Of a stretch of DNA of 64,000 nt, positions 41,349-58,700 are shown in pieces. The first letter of the stretch is position 1. Each line of letters opens with the position of its first letter. Source of the DNA: the human T2T-CHM13v2.0 reference genome, Homo sapiens. The position numbers and the translations under genes were made by a program. A model generated the notes under the pieces. That model had not been told where the DNA came from. It did no database searches and saw only the letters and a list, made by a program, of their open reading frames with translations. The stretch is taken from the NCBI RefSeq assembly GCF_009914755.1, contig NC_060929.1. One strand, given 5' to 3'.

Positions 41349-41789
41349 AGTTTACTTGCTTCTGAGCTAATTTGATAGCAAAAAACAGGTTCTTCATTTT
41401 GGTAGCACTAGTTTTTGCCATCATAAACAAAATGGGATCATATATGATCACGTTAAGAGCTCAAGGTAAATTCCTTTGTCCCAAATGTTTGATAAGAAAA
41501 TGAATATATCTTAAATTTAATTACCCTGTCATGTGAATTATATAATAATTGAATTCATAACTTCAGATTAAAGATTTATGATTATATATAAAATATTTGC
41601 TTATATTTAGTATATGACTACATTTATAGAGACAAAATACAATTAGCATTTCATATTTATGTGCTTAAAGACTCATTTCTAATCTTGTTTTTTTAATTTT
41701 ATTACTTTTATAATCAATTTTTATGATAGTTTTCAGAGAAATGACACATTTTACTTTTCTATTTGTTTGAAAGTTTTTTTTTAATCATA

Positions 41790-42290
41790 TGTGATGGTTG
41801 CTACTGAGTGTCAACTTAAGGATTGAAGTATAGAAAGTATTAATTCTGGGTGCATCTGTGATGGTGTTGCCAAAGCAGATTAACATTTGAGTCAGTGGGC
41901 TGGGAAAGATAGAGCCACCCTTAACTGGGTGTGCACCATCTAATCAGCTGCCAGCAAATATAAAGCAGGCAGAAAAACGTGAAAAGGAGAGATGGGCCTA
42001 GCCTCTCAGCCTACATCTTTCTCCTGTGCTGGATGCTTCCTGCCCTCAAACATCAGACGTCAAGTTCTTCAGTTTTGAGACTCTGGCTGGCTCTCCTTGC
42101 TCCTCAAGCATGCAGACAGCATGTTGTGGGATCTTGTGATCATGTAAGTTAATAATTAATAAAATCATATATATTTATATTTTATATATATATACAGACA
42201 TACATATATGTATATGTATGTGTATGTGTGTGTATATATATATAGACATATATATACACACATACACATACATAGTCCCTGGCTAATACA
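41790..42290 (+). mobile_element. MLT2A1 5' LTR of HERV-L
   Basis: tgtgatggtt start, 'attaacatttgagtcagtgggctggg', TATAAA 41959-41964, AATAAA 42158-42163, (TA/CA)n expansion, ends ctaataca; followed by PBS-like tggtataaggagtgg. Confidence 0.92.
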
Positions 42291-46434
<4,144 letters not shown>

Positions 46435-46530
46435 ACAGTACAGTTTTTATCTAAAATAACGATACAAAAATTAGCTTAATTTTGCTAAACAAGTATATAA
46501 AACAACCTTTTTTTAAAGTAATTTCTCTAA

Positions 46531-47079
<549 letters not shown>

Positions 47080-48009
47080 TAGTTCAATGAAAAAGGCAGG
47101 GGTTTTTGAAAAAATGAGTAACTGACCTCTTTCTTACTGACCCAGGTGATCACCCTCACCTAATTCTTGAGCTATCTGTTGCCATTGAAATAGGGTCAAT
47201 CTTCTCTAAACAGCAATTTCTTTAAAAATAATTTCTCCATCATGCTTGTAAAGTATCTATATCTTAACTGTCTAACACATTTATTAGCACAGTTTTAGCA
47301 AACAGTATCACCAAAAACATCTATTAGAAAACTCATAGGTGATGACCAAATAGCTAGAGAACAGCATCATAACACATGAAGTGAAGAAAAAACAGGGGAC
47401 AGACAGAAAGACATGAACTCTCTCCAGACAGACGTCAGGAGGACAGATAGGGACCTAGAGGCTTGGAAACCTTGCTGACATAAAGGTAACTGGCCTTAAA
47501 TCCAAAGAACTGATACGACCTTAGTAGTACTGTCTCATAATAAAACAAGGTTATGTCTAAACATAAGGACATATACATTTCTATAGTAGAAATATGTACT
47601 ATGTTTAGTAATCTGAAAGTTTAAATATCATTTTAAATTGGTACATAAACAGAAAAAGTTTAAATTTTGGAGTTAAAAGATAAATATAATTTCGATTATT
47701 TTTAATGCTGAAAGACGATTATATACTGATATTACTTAAACATAACAAATAGATATTTATGTGGCTGTAGTAATTATTCAAATAGAAAATGCAGTCAATC
47801 ATACTATATATAATATATAATATGTATTTTCAGTGACCATAGAAGTATTTAAATGGCAGTTCATCATCATAACCACAACTTCAATGAAATTGCCTAGAAA
47901 CCTATACAGTAACCATCTCGTGCATGTTCCACATATAATCTGAGCTTTTACAACATGACTCCTATGTAACTAGTATCATAATCATAATCAAAATTATATG
48001 CTCTGGCAT

Positions 48010-48380
48010 TAATATAGACTGAATGTTTGTGTCCTCACCTCCTGCTCTCCACCATATGTTGAAGTCTTGACCCTCAGTGTGGTAATACTTGGAGATGAGG
48101 CCTCTAAGGAAATAATTAAGATTAAATGAGGTTATAGGAGGAGATGGGGGTGAGGAGCATAAATCCAGATCCAATGGAATTAGTGTCCTTTAAAGAAGAG
48201 ACATCAGAGAGCTGGCTTGTTCTATCCATGCGAAGATTGTGAAAAGGCCATATAAGGATGTAACAAGAAGGGGGACATATACAAGCTGGAAAGACAGCCC
48301 TCACAGAAATGGCACTGCAAGATCGGATTTCCAGCCTCCAAAATTGTGAGAAAATAAATTTCAATTGTTTAAGCTACCCA
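48010..48380 (+). mobile_element. MLT1A-like LTR
   Basis: 'gactgaatgtttgtgtcc', 'ggagatgaggcctctaaggaaataattaag', 'ttccagcctccaaaattgtgagaaaataaattt'. Confidence 0.85.
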
Positions 48381-49849
48381 TGATGACAACAACATGGCTC
48401 TCTTTAACAATCAAATATTAATATTAATACATGCAACAACAGTATAAAATTATGCAAAAGTTATTGAAGTTTTAAAATTTAAATGTGGAGGAGAAAAAAA
48501 AAAAACATATCCAAACATCCTTAAGATACCGTCTACAGGCTCCCCACTGTAAATCACAATAAATCCATAGGAGCTGCTAATATATACTATTTAAATATAC
48601 AAATGATATCTTTTCTAGTAAATAGTTCACATATTAAAATAGTTTTCTACCTTATTTGCGTATGTATATAAAACACTTATGACAAAGATTTGAAGATAAT
48701 ATTTGCTTGTGCTTAAGATAATTTAAGCATTGCTGTGCATATTTTATTAAATTCCTCTGCTAATGCATCTTCAGTATGATGCAAAAACTCTAGGTAACTT
48801 ACATGCTTGTATATATACATGCTTGAATATGTAGTCACTTTGAAAATCCGGAAATATGAAATAATGCTTCAGGGAACTCCATGTATGTCATGAATTTGAT
48901 GAATTTTAATCCAAATTTACTTTGAAATACTCACACAATATTCATGTGTCTGTGATACAGTTTTTAATGCCTACAAATAAGAAGTAGAAGAAAATTAGTT
49001 TTTTAACTAACGATATTGACAATCTTACTTTTAAGGTGATTGAGCCCTGCATACCGTGAGATTCTAACTATTCTGATAATGTAATGTGAATCTGATTATT
49101 GAATTTTATTTGCACTCTTTGAGCATTGAAAACTAATCACAGTAATCCAAGTCTGTGCTGTTTATTTTTCCCTTAAAACACAAGGAAGTCAGGATAACAT
49201 AGAGTTGTCTCTGTTGCTTAGTATTTTCTCCCTTCCTCTGACCCCATTTAAAAATGTTTGTTCCTGACTTTGTAAATACTAATATTCGTTGTCTGATAAC
49301 AGGATATAATTCTACAAACAGTACAAAATTAGAACAGTAATAATACCATTGTCCTCTTTTATGAGGTAATAATTTGATTCCTACTAAATGAAAATAAAGA
49401 CAATCTAATAAAACTAAGAATAAATGCTCAGAAAAATAATTATATTTATTATTTCACTGTCCTTACTTAGAGAATTTCTCTTCTGAAGGGGGCTTCCTAA
49501 GAAAGAAGTCTTGATGAAGGATTTGTAAATATAATTAGTAAACATCTCCAATGACAAAAAATGGTCTTTTCAACCTTCAAAGGAATTTTACTATCTCCAA
49601 GGTTGTTAAGGTTAGTCCCAATTGTCCCTTTGTTTTATTTAGTCTCAACTATTGCCGTAACTCCAGAGAAGTAGTGCCTGATTAGCAGTAGTTAGAGAAA
49701 GGAAACAATTTACGTTATCTCCTCAGTTTAATAAGCATAACAGTTCTAATCACAGCTTCTCTGCTTGTTGCTTCTCCTTAAGTTTTAGAATGTAATATAG
49801 ACAATGTTTCTACGAGGTCGTAATGAGGACAGATATAGTAATTATAGCA

Positions 49850-50450
49850 CCATATTAAATTTTTAGAAACTTTCTGGGAACTAGAGATAAAACATTGAAG
49901 GGGGAATAAAACAAAAATCTCTGCTTTTATTTTTAGGGGGTGAAAGGATAGAGATATTTATGAAAATAAATATTATTTATCATATTAAAATATAATAAAT
50001 GCTATATAAAAAATAAGGCAGTGGAAAGAATAAAGATTTCTGAGAAAGAGTTTTAATTTCATATTGGTTGTCCAGTGAAGGCTTCACATTTGATAGGTGA
50101 GCACATGCAGTCTTTCCCCTCTCTGGCTTTCAACTTCTTTTTATAGATCTGTTCCTATAATACCCAAACTCCAATAACTCTTTGCTATGAACAGGAGTTC
50201 TAATCATTGAACATCAAAATATTTTTCTATTTTTCAACTTCCTATCACTTATGTGATGATTTATATTCTTTCAAAGTTTGATTTTCATGAAAACCATAAG
50301 ACTCTCCTTTTATTATAATATTCTGTCAACTCCTGTGCTGCTGAGTTGCTTTTTTTTGCTCTTACTTGGAAAAGCTTTAATCCTGATTAAATTCAACTAA
50401 CTTGCTATTCCTTTGCTATCATCCATTCAGCTGAAAGTGGTTGGAGAAAA

Positions 50451-50496
<46 letters not shown>

Positions 50497-50540
50497 AGAA
50501 ACTGGTCTCATATTCAATTTATGACTATGTCCACAAGAGG
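49850..50540. mobile_element. L2 fragments
   Basis: 'ataaatgctatataaaaaaataaggcagtggaaag...gaaggcttcac' and 'cagctgaaagtggttggagaaaa...actggtctca'. Confidence 0.45.
50451..50492. repeat. (CA)n microsatellite
   Basis: About 21 CA units with one interruption. Confidence 0.95.
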
Positions 50541-50984
50541 GCTCACTTCTTTTTTTGGCTTGTAAACTAAATTTCTATCTATTTGAAGCTATGTCACACC
50601 TATCTACCCATTTGTAACTGAAAATAGTAATAAAAAGAAAACAGACAATTTGAGTGTTCTTCATTCCGTGAATATCTCAATTTTGTAAGCTCTTTTTAAA
50701 ATTCACTTTCCTGTAATGTGTCTGCTCACTGTGTATTTTATAGATTGTTGATTTCCCATTAGAATGATAAATTTGGTCTCTGTTCACAGTGATTGGTATT
50801 TCATGTTAATTAATGAAGATGAGAATACTCATTTACTGAATAATATTATGATATTTAAAATGATTTTTAAAGTGTATTTGGAAACTGATATACAAGTTAT
50901 ACATATTTTAGATGATGGGATAAAATATTTCATAATAGCTCATAATTATAATATCTCTACATTATATCTCTGCCATTTCTAAAG

Positions 50985-51157
50985 TTTCATTTTATTTTAT
51001 TTTTTGAGACAGAGCCTCACTCTATCATTTGGGCTGGATTGGATTACAGTGGTACAATCACAGCTCACTGCAACCTTGAACTCCTGGCCTCAAGCAATCC
51101 TCCAGTGTGGGCCTCCAAAAGTGCTTGGATTACAGGTACAAGCCACTACACCTAGCC
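50985..51157 (-). mobile_element. Alu monomer (FAM/FRAM-like or recombined AluJ)
   Basis: Single arm with T-tail: gagacagagcctcactct...cagctcactgcaaccttgaactcctggcctcaagcaatcctcc...ggattacagg. Confidence 0.85.
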
Positions 51158-52207
51158 TGTCTCTAACATTTAAATTTAAATTTAAAATATCCCTGATACT
51201 ATTATTTAAACATTTGTTAGTGAAGAATGATTTCTTAAAAGTTTGAGATTAAAAAATAAGGAATGACTATATTCACTGATAAGATCTTTTTACATTTCTA
51301 AAGAAAGATTTTTTATATATATAATCAACATATTTTTATGTTTTTGAAATTATCTTACTATGGAAGTAAGAATCCAGAAGGCAGGAATATTCTTCTCATT
51401 TATAACTATGACATTATTCAATGGAAAGCATAAGGTAAATCTTTAATCTCCTTGTTAGGGAAGAGACAGTATATCAGAACAGAATACTAAATATGTAATT
51501 TTGATAGATTGAGTAGGATTAATAGCTAGTCAAGGAAACCCTGTGTGTTTGCACATTTAGCAGATCATCTGAGCTATTAGAAAGTTTCATGTAATATATC
51601 ATTTACTTAACTTGTCAACTCTAAAACTTTTTCAGCGAAATCATTTAACTCTCAGTAATAATGAAGAATGAAGAAGAAAGTACAAATAGATCAGATGGTA
51701 AATTATTAACATATGCCTATGTGAAGTCAGCTTTAGGGCTACTATACATCTTTGTTATGGGGTACATGAGAGAGAACAAATTCCATGCTAATGTCTCATT
51801 CAACCTCTGTTCAGTGTAGCTCTTTTTTGATAACACACAGTTTACTTATTCTAAAAGTTGATAAAGGCTCATGCATACAATAAGAACAAAAGTGTCTTAA
51901 TTGGACTATCAATTCGAGTTGGGAAAGGAGAAACCTGGTTGGGCGCTTGGATTAAAAATATTTGTGAAAGACTCTAATAGGAAGGCAAGATGAGAGGATA
52001 ATGATAAATATTACTAAGATAAAATAGATAAATTGCAAATTTTCTGCCATGTGTACAATGCTTATAAGCCTTGGGGTGAGATTGGTCTGTGTTATTGGCC
52101 AGAAATGTCTAGTATATGTTTCTTCTCCTCTGTCTATTGAAGCATCCATATTTCATCAGCTCTTCTTAAACAAATTTCTACCCTTTGCTTGTTGGTTAAA
52201 AAAAAAC

Positions 52208-52390
52208 GACAGTACAGTTTAGACTCTATGAGCATAGACTCTGATACCAGAGTGCCCGAGATAGTTTCCTCATTCTATTGTCTTGGTAAGTTCCTTAAAT
52301 TTCCTTTACTTCAATTTCCTCCTTTGTAAAATGGACCTAATAAGAATTTCTACTTTATAGATTATTACAGTGATATTAAATAAGCTTCTA
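52208..52390 (+). mobile_element. MIR
   Basis: 'gagcatagactctg', core 'ttggtaagttccttaa...tttcctcctttgtaaaatgg..taataa'. Confidence 0.75.
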
Positions 52391-53112
52391 TTTGAACACA
52401 CCATAATCATTTTTGGCAAGAGGTATACTTTTTTAAAAAATCCTATTTTGTTCCTTCAAAAAAATGTAAAATAAGAAATTATTCTTTATTTTTTACTAAT
52501 TTGAAAGTCTGTTACAGAGATTACAAATCCAAGCTATTTCAGGAGAGCTGGGCAGGTTCTGGGACAAGAAGTACCAACAAGGTATATTATTTTCCAGCAC
52601 CAACAACCTGGTAGGAAGTCCTTAATCTGTGGCTCCATCAGAGTATTGTCTAACACTGTGCCCCACGAGCCCAGAAATTAGAAAGCATGTGATATTAGAT
52701 GTGGTGCTCAGGGCTTTTTCACTACATGCTGACTTCAGTCAAGAACAAGTCAAGGTAATTTCCTCCATCTCATGGACATTTACTTCATGAGTATTGGAGA
52801 CAAATAATTCCTGTAGTTAATAAGTGAGTTCATGTTCTAGCAGTCAGGGAGAATGACACACAGACCAAAACATGCAGTCACTAGTGGAATCTTCAACCTT
52901 GTTAAGTTCCAGGAGGCAGTCCTGTCCTTTTGCAGCTGAAGTCCCGTTTAATATAATCCAGACAAACTTCCAGGTTACTGGTCCACCAAGACACATATGT
53001 GCTGCAAATTGGGGATTCTAATTAGTTAAAACATTTTGATTTGAATACATTAAAATGGATTTAATGAATACATTAAATGGATTCAAATCCATTTAAACAG
53101 TCAAGGAAATTG

Positions 53113-53248
53113 GGGTGCACTTGGTCTCTCAAGTCACCCACTTGGCCCTCTTCAAAGTGTACTTTCCTTCCTTTCTTTTCCTTATTTTCCTTACTGCTTT
53201 AAAGCTTTTTAATAAACTTTCACTCCTGGACTGAAAAAAGAAAAAAGG
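53113..53248 (+). mobile_element. Polyadenylated ERV1-type LTR 3' fragment (MER50-like), apparently retroposed
   Basis: 'aagtcacccacttggccctcttcaaagtgtactttcc...aaagctttttaataaactttcactcctg' then an A-tail; flanking repeat aa(g/a)gaaattg. Confidence 0.65.
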
Positions 53249-53293
53249 AAAGAAATTGAAATATTGCAGTTGCTCATAGAAAAGTACAGAGCA

Positions 53294-53667
53294 GGGAGAC
53301 AGACCAAGATGGCTGAATAGAACCCACTGGAGATTGTACCCCAACAGAACGCCAAATTAAACAACTCTCCACCCAAGAAAGCACGTTGAGCAGAACAAAA
53401 AAACCAGGTGAGGGATCATATTACCTGATTTTAACATAATATCAAGGAAAGAGGCAATGAAGAGTGTGGGAAAGACAGTCTCTTTGCCAACATTGCTTCT
53501 CTCCTACACTGTGTCAGTGCCTGGTGGGGAGAGAATCTGTGTGCTTGGGGGAGGGAGAGTAAAGTGAGTGTGGGGCTTTGCTTTAGAACTCAGCGCTGCT
53601 CTGTCACAGCAGAACACAACCCAAGGCAAAATTCTGCCAGTACTCAGGAAAACAGCATTTAGAACAG
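53294..53667 (+). mobile_element. L1M2-like 5' UTR fragment
   Basis: 'ccaagatggctgaataga' L1 5' start; 'gagagaatctgtgtgcttgggggagggagag'. Confidence 0.75.
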
Positions 53668-53734
53668 TTCCCTTTTTTCTGAGTCCACATTTTACAGTCC
53701 CTAAGTTCCTGTGAAAGACTATAACTTTAATATC

Positions 53735-53930
53735 TACAGCCTTTTCTGGGTTCTAAAAACTATTCTTCCCCTTGGCCTTTCAGACGTAGCAGTGGTAACA
53801 GCTTCATAATGTTTCTCAATTTAGGTACTTTTGCACCCTGTATAGTTCTCCTTAACCCTGTCAGTACCTTTAAAACACTCTGCTTATTAAGCCTGGTGGC
53901 AGCATGACCTTCTTACTTTGATGGCCCTAT
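53735..53930 (+). mobile_element. LTR33-like ERVL LTR fragment
   Basis: 'ccccttggcctttcagacgtagcagtggtaacagcttc...ccttaaccctg...accttt'. Confidence 0.55.
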
Positions 53931-56149
53931 ACATGATAAAACCTGTGTGCTATATACCCCATTATATTTTTAATTATATTTAAGATGAAAATATTAAAAA
54001 TTATATAAATATTTATATATGCTTCACTCATAATGTAGATCTAAATCTACATTCAAAAACACAACAATAAATAAAGTTGGAAGTTATCTACAGAGTAAAT
54101 GGACAATAGAGTGGGTGGGAGCAGAAGTATTTGGACAATTCCAACATATACTTTGTATTTTCATTTGATGCTTAAAATATATAAAATAACTACCTGTACA
54201 AAATAAACTAAATAAAATTAGCACAATTATTAATGGCATTAAGATGTTTTAATTTCAAAGGTGAACCTCATTTTTTGTCCTAAATAATGAAACTATTATT
54301 AGTTTACTAAATTAATCTATAGTTTTTGTCGATCATGTTTCCTACTTTTCATTCTGTCACATTTTGAGAAACCAAGGCCTTCCTCTTTCTTACCTTATCA
54401 CTAGGCAGAGATTTTAATATGATTTCAAGACAAAAAGGAGACTAAGGATGGGAGAAATTTCAGTGCAGCAATATATGGATAGAGGAAATGGTTTGATGTT
54501 TTCCTATTTTGACTTAATTTTGGTTCTATTTTCATTTTACAAAGGATGCATGATTTCCCAAGGCTCAAGAGAACTGCCTGGTATAAACATTTGCAAACAC
54601 TAGTCTCATTATCTAGGCTTTACGGGAGACAGATGAAAGGTGATCTGAGTATAATGTATTGTCTCTGCTCAGGGGCTCAGGGTAAGATCACTGGGAGGAA
54701 TCTGGGTCCTGCCAGGCTGCATGTAGGTGCTGGAAACAAAGAAAATAATGTTTACTGACAGTGATTCTGAGATGCAATGATCCAGCCATCTATGCTTATG
54801 AGACACAATTGCTGTTACTTATGTGATCAATATAGGAAACATTCAATTTTACACACCCTAACATCATACAGTAAATATTTAATTTAGGAAGCAAGTTTCT
54901 GGGTATTGTATACTGTCTTTTGTAACAGATAGGGAAAGTGTCAATTTGTAAAAACTCTTTACCCCATTGATTAGGAATTTATTATATAGGAATAAGTTTT
55001 CTATTTTATTTAGAATTCTTAATGGTGCAAATAAGGATGCTTCAGTCTTTCATCCTCAATAAAAAAACATCACTGAACTTCATGAAAGCAAAGGCCTCAT
55101 CTCCCATGATTTTTAAAAATTATTTTTGAACTCAAGATAAGTATATACTTATAGGGAATAAGTTGAGTTTTAAAAATATGCTGCTTCTTCTTAATACTCT
55201 TCTCATGTTATTATTGTCATCTAAATATTTCCTATAATTTGTATATCTTAATCCCAAGAGTCCCAGCAAGACATATTACTTTCCCTAAGCGGCATCTCCA
55301 GGAGTAGTGTGTGGATTGTGGTGGGTCCACAGAGCCAATAGCCAGAGCGGTCAATCAATATACAAAGACATAAGTGGCAAATTTTCAGAGCCACCACAAA
55401 TTGATTTTACTGTGTTTCCTCAGTCAGTATTACATTCTCTAATGATATAGCCTTCTTATAGGTTTTAGTATGCCACATAAAATAGTATCTCACAGTGTTT
55501 TACTCCATCCAAGGATATAAAATACTGTCGTTGAGAAGGCTTATTAAAGTAGCCATCATGCCAACTCCAAAATGTATGCTTATTCATCTGACATAAACCA
55601 TATCTACAGAACACGAAACCTTGCACAGTTGTTTCTAAATCATTGTAGAAGTGAAACAAATAAATCAGCCCAGAAAATTCCAAGGCTAGCAGTTTGCTTT
55701 TCTCCCTCTTTATTTTCCCTACACATCTTAGATATTTCAGATTGGAAAATATAATTCAATCAAATTGTTAAAAGGTTAATACGTTTATTACTATTACTCT
55801 AATCATGAATCTTTAGTAGTCATCAGAAACATTTCATATTTTTATTCATCAAATCTCAGGTTTAAAGTGAGTTGGGTTGTTCCTTTTTTACATTATTTTC
55901 CTTAAAAGGATCGTATCAAAAATCAGTATGTTACACTGCAATTATCTTATTTGACTAAAGCACTGTTAAAAGATATGAATAATTATTTTAAGAATATTAA
56001 TCAAAATATTTGTATTGAAGATATCAAAGGGAAATGTTCCACAATTGAAAGCAAAGTATGGGGAAAATTATCTCGCATATGGCTGAATATTATTGCTTAT
56101 TTGTCCTACATATTTAAAACTAGAAGGACATATTATGCAATTCCAGCAG

Positions 56150-56310
56150 GCAATTGAGTCAGACTACCTAGATTTAGATGTAAAATTTACAAATTTCTAG
56201 TTTAGTGACCATGAGTAAGGCATCCCTCTGGACCTTAGTTTTCTTATTTGCAAAATAGGTGATGTAATATAAACCACCACATAAACTCATTGAGGAGACC
56301 AGTTAGCATG
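56150..56310 (+). mobile_element. MIR
   Basis: 'gagtcagactacctagattt...gtgaccatgagtaagg...cttagttttcttatttgcaaaatagg'. Confidence 0.7.
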
Positions 56311-56399
56311 CATACCATTTTATAGAGCCCTGCCACTGTTTTGTTTTTGGCTTAAAAAATTGTTAGTTTAATATTTGATATACAACGCTATTTTTGTGT

Positions 56400-57520
56400 C
56401 ACACAGAATATGTGAATGATTAACCTCATGGAATAACAATTTATAACACTGCCATTCTGCCAATGGTGGATAATTACAACGAAAGTTCATCCATTGTTCC
56501 AGAACAAATTATTGCAGTGTATGATATTTAAGAATAAGTAGAAAGAGTGAAATCATTATCTCTAATGTTGTTTTTAAAACTTCCAAGATTTTGATAACAC
56601 TGTGAATCTGAGAATAACTGGCAAGTAGAATACATTAAACCTATAACAAGGGTTCTTAGTGGAGTTGTGGAAATAACTATTCTATTATAGGCTTTGCTGA
56701 TCCTATAGGAGAACAAATAGCCAACATTTAAAGGTTCCATAGAGAGAACAATCTAGCACTTTGGCCCACCTGGATATATTTCTTCCTATGAAGCTACACA
56801 TATTATTAATACTAGCATACAGAAATGGGCAAAGAAACATAGTATTACATGAATATAGTATATTCCCATCACCCTCAATGCAGTGATCTTATGGAAAGTT
56901 TGAATAAACAATTAAGTCATGTGTTCTTTAATTCAGGAGGTGAGAAAGGCTTGAAAGCTGTAGTACTAATGTGTTCTCCTGTTGCAGGTGAAAGAAGAAA
57001 AGAAAGAACACTACCGGAAAGCTTTTGGAATTTCTACATAGGTATACGTGATGACATTAATAGAATTATGCAACTTTATTACCTCCCATATTTCTTGAAA
57101 ACTTTTATTTTGTTTTGACTGAGTTGATGTTTAAGCATTGTGGCTACACTCAGCCAGTAGGAGAAGTCACTGCAAAAGACATGAATCTATACCATTGAAT
57201 TTGGCTTGTGCGTTCTTAAAAGAACCTTGGGGTCACTTATAACGTGTTCCCTTGCAGTTAAAATAGCGTTAGTTGTGACTACATTAGCAAACGGAAGGAC
57301 AGTTGTGCAATTTTTACCTGTCAAATCCTATGATACTTTCCAGGGGATGAAGCAGAGGAGAGATCATACCGATGTTGTTACGGTTTGCTGAGTAAGTAAT
57401 ACTGCCAAAGCAGGCTATTTCGTCAGGGCGAGTTAAATGAGGTAATAAATGGAAACTGATGGAGCTTATGACAAATGTGAAGAAGACACACAAGATTGTC
57501 TCAAAGAAATACAGTCATTC
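56400..57520 (+). pseudogene. Fossil LTR-element integrase region (MamGyp-int-like)
   Basis: Collinear degenerate core motifs WQVEYIKP (56619), FGPPGYISSYEATH (56760), QKWAKKH, HHPQCSDLMESLNKQL. Confidence 0.65.
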
Positions 57521-57521
57521 T

Positions 57522-57885
57522 TGTCTGAGTTCATTTATGCTGCTATAACAAAATGTACCATAAACTGGGTGGCTTACAAACAATAGAAATTTATTTCTCA
57601 CAGTTCTGGAGACTGGGAAAACCATGACCACGGCACTGGCAGATTCAATATCTGGTGAGGGCCCATTTTCTGGTTTATAAATGACATTTTTATGTTGTGT
57701 TCCCACATGTTGAAAGGGGCAACGTGGCTTTCTGGAGCCCCTTTAAGAGCACTCATCTCATTCTTGAGGGCTCCAGCCTCATGAGCTAATTACCTCTCAA
57801 TGGCCTCACCTTCTAATGGCATCATATTGGTAATTAGGTTTCAACAGATAAATTTAGGAGAGGCAGGAACACTCAGACCCCAGCA
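57522..57885 (-). mobile_element. MLT1A0-like solo LTR
   Basis: 'gctgctataacaaaatgtaccataaactgggtggctta...ctcacagttctggag'; near-TSD attct/atact. Confidence 0.88.
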
Positions 57886-58049
57886 ATACTCTAAACAACT
57901 TCTCTCAGGCTTGGTGCAGACAATGGGTGATGTAAAGCGAAGCTGCCTAAATTACTTCTTTTTCCAGTAAAAGAAAATAGGTCTCCTGCATACTTAAAGT
58001 GTCTACCTAAAGACTTCACCTGAATGATCTGGATTTAAGGATTTAAGGT

Positions 58050-58700
58050 GTGATGGGGCACACTCTAACATAATCGTTGACTGGTTGGAGCTACCATTTG
58101 GCTCATGATATTAGGATTATATTAATTGTTGTTGTTGTATTTTTTTCAGGTACCTGGAGAAAAAAATATTACCTTTAAATCATACATGGCAAAGGCTACT
58201 GAGCAGCTGAGTATATGCACACGATGTCACTATGAATTAAGTGACACATTGCTAAGACAGATATGTGCAGGGGATGAGAAGCAAATTTTTGCCACCTGCC
58301 CAGTTTGTCATAGCTTCAATCTTTCAACTTTGTCAAATCTGAAGGTGAATGAAATGTCTTAAAGAGAGGATAAGACCTGAATAGCCTTGAAGAAAGTGGG
58401 TGCAGAAATGGCCCAAATCACTGGTAATTATCCTCATATGGGCCACTCATGGGGAGTCCTATGCAGCAACCAGATTGAGCTGTCTTCGTAAAAGAATGGG
58501 CTCTGTTGAAATTTTCATGACGCATCCAATGTTTGGGTGTTCTTCTTGTGCATAAAACTGTACTCATGACAATTAGAGGAACATTGGGTTTAATAAACAC
58601 TGGCCCCAACCAAAACAGATGAGTCTTGGAAAATTTAGAAACTATATTTGGATTACTGAGTCATCTGAAAGTGTCCTTCCAAGACGAAAAAGATTTGCTA
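58050..58700 (+). mobile_element. Possible Gypsy-type LTR remnant
   Basis: Starts tgtgatggg downstream of the integrase fossil and contains AATAAA (~58592); family assignment weak. Confidence 0.25.

Noticed and set aside
42165-42275. Palindromic TA/CA tract (also 27636-27813)
   Set aside because: Self-complementarity is intrinsic to such microsatellites, and expansion here is usual for MLT2A LTRs
54580-54760. Three forkhead-like motifs as an enhancer
   Set aside because: Short AT-rich motifs are expected by chance at this base composition; no conservation data
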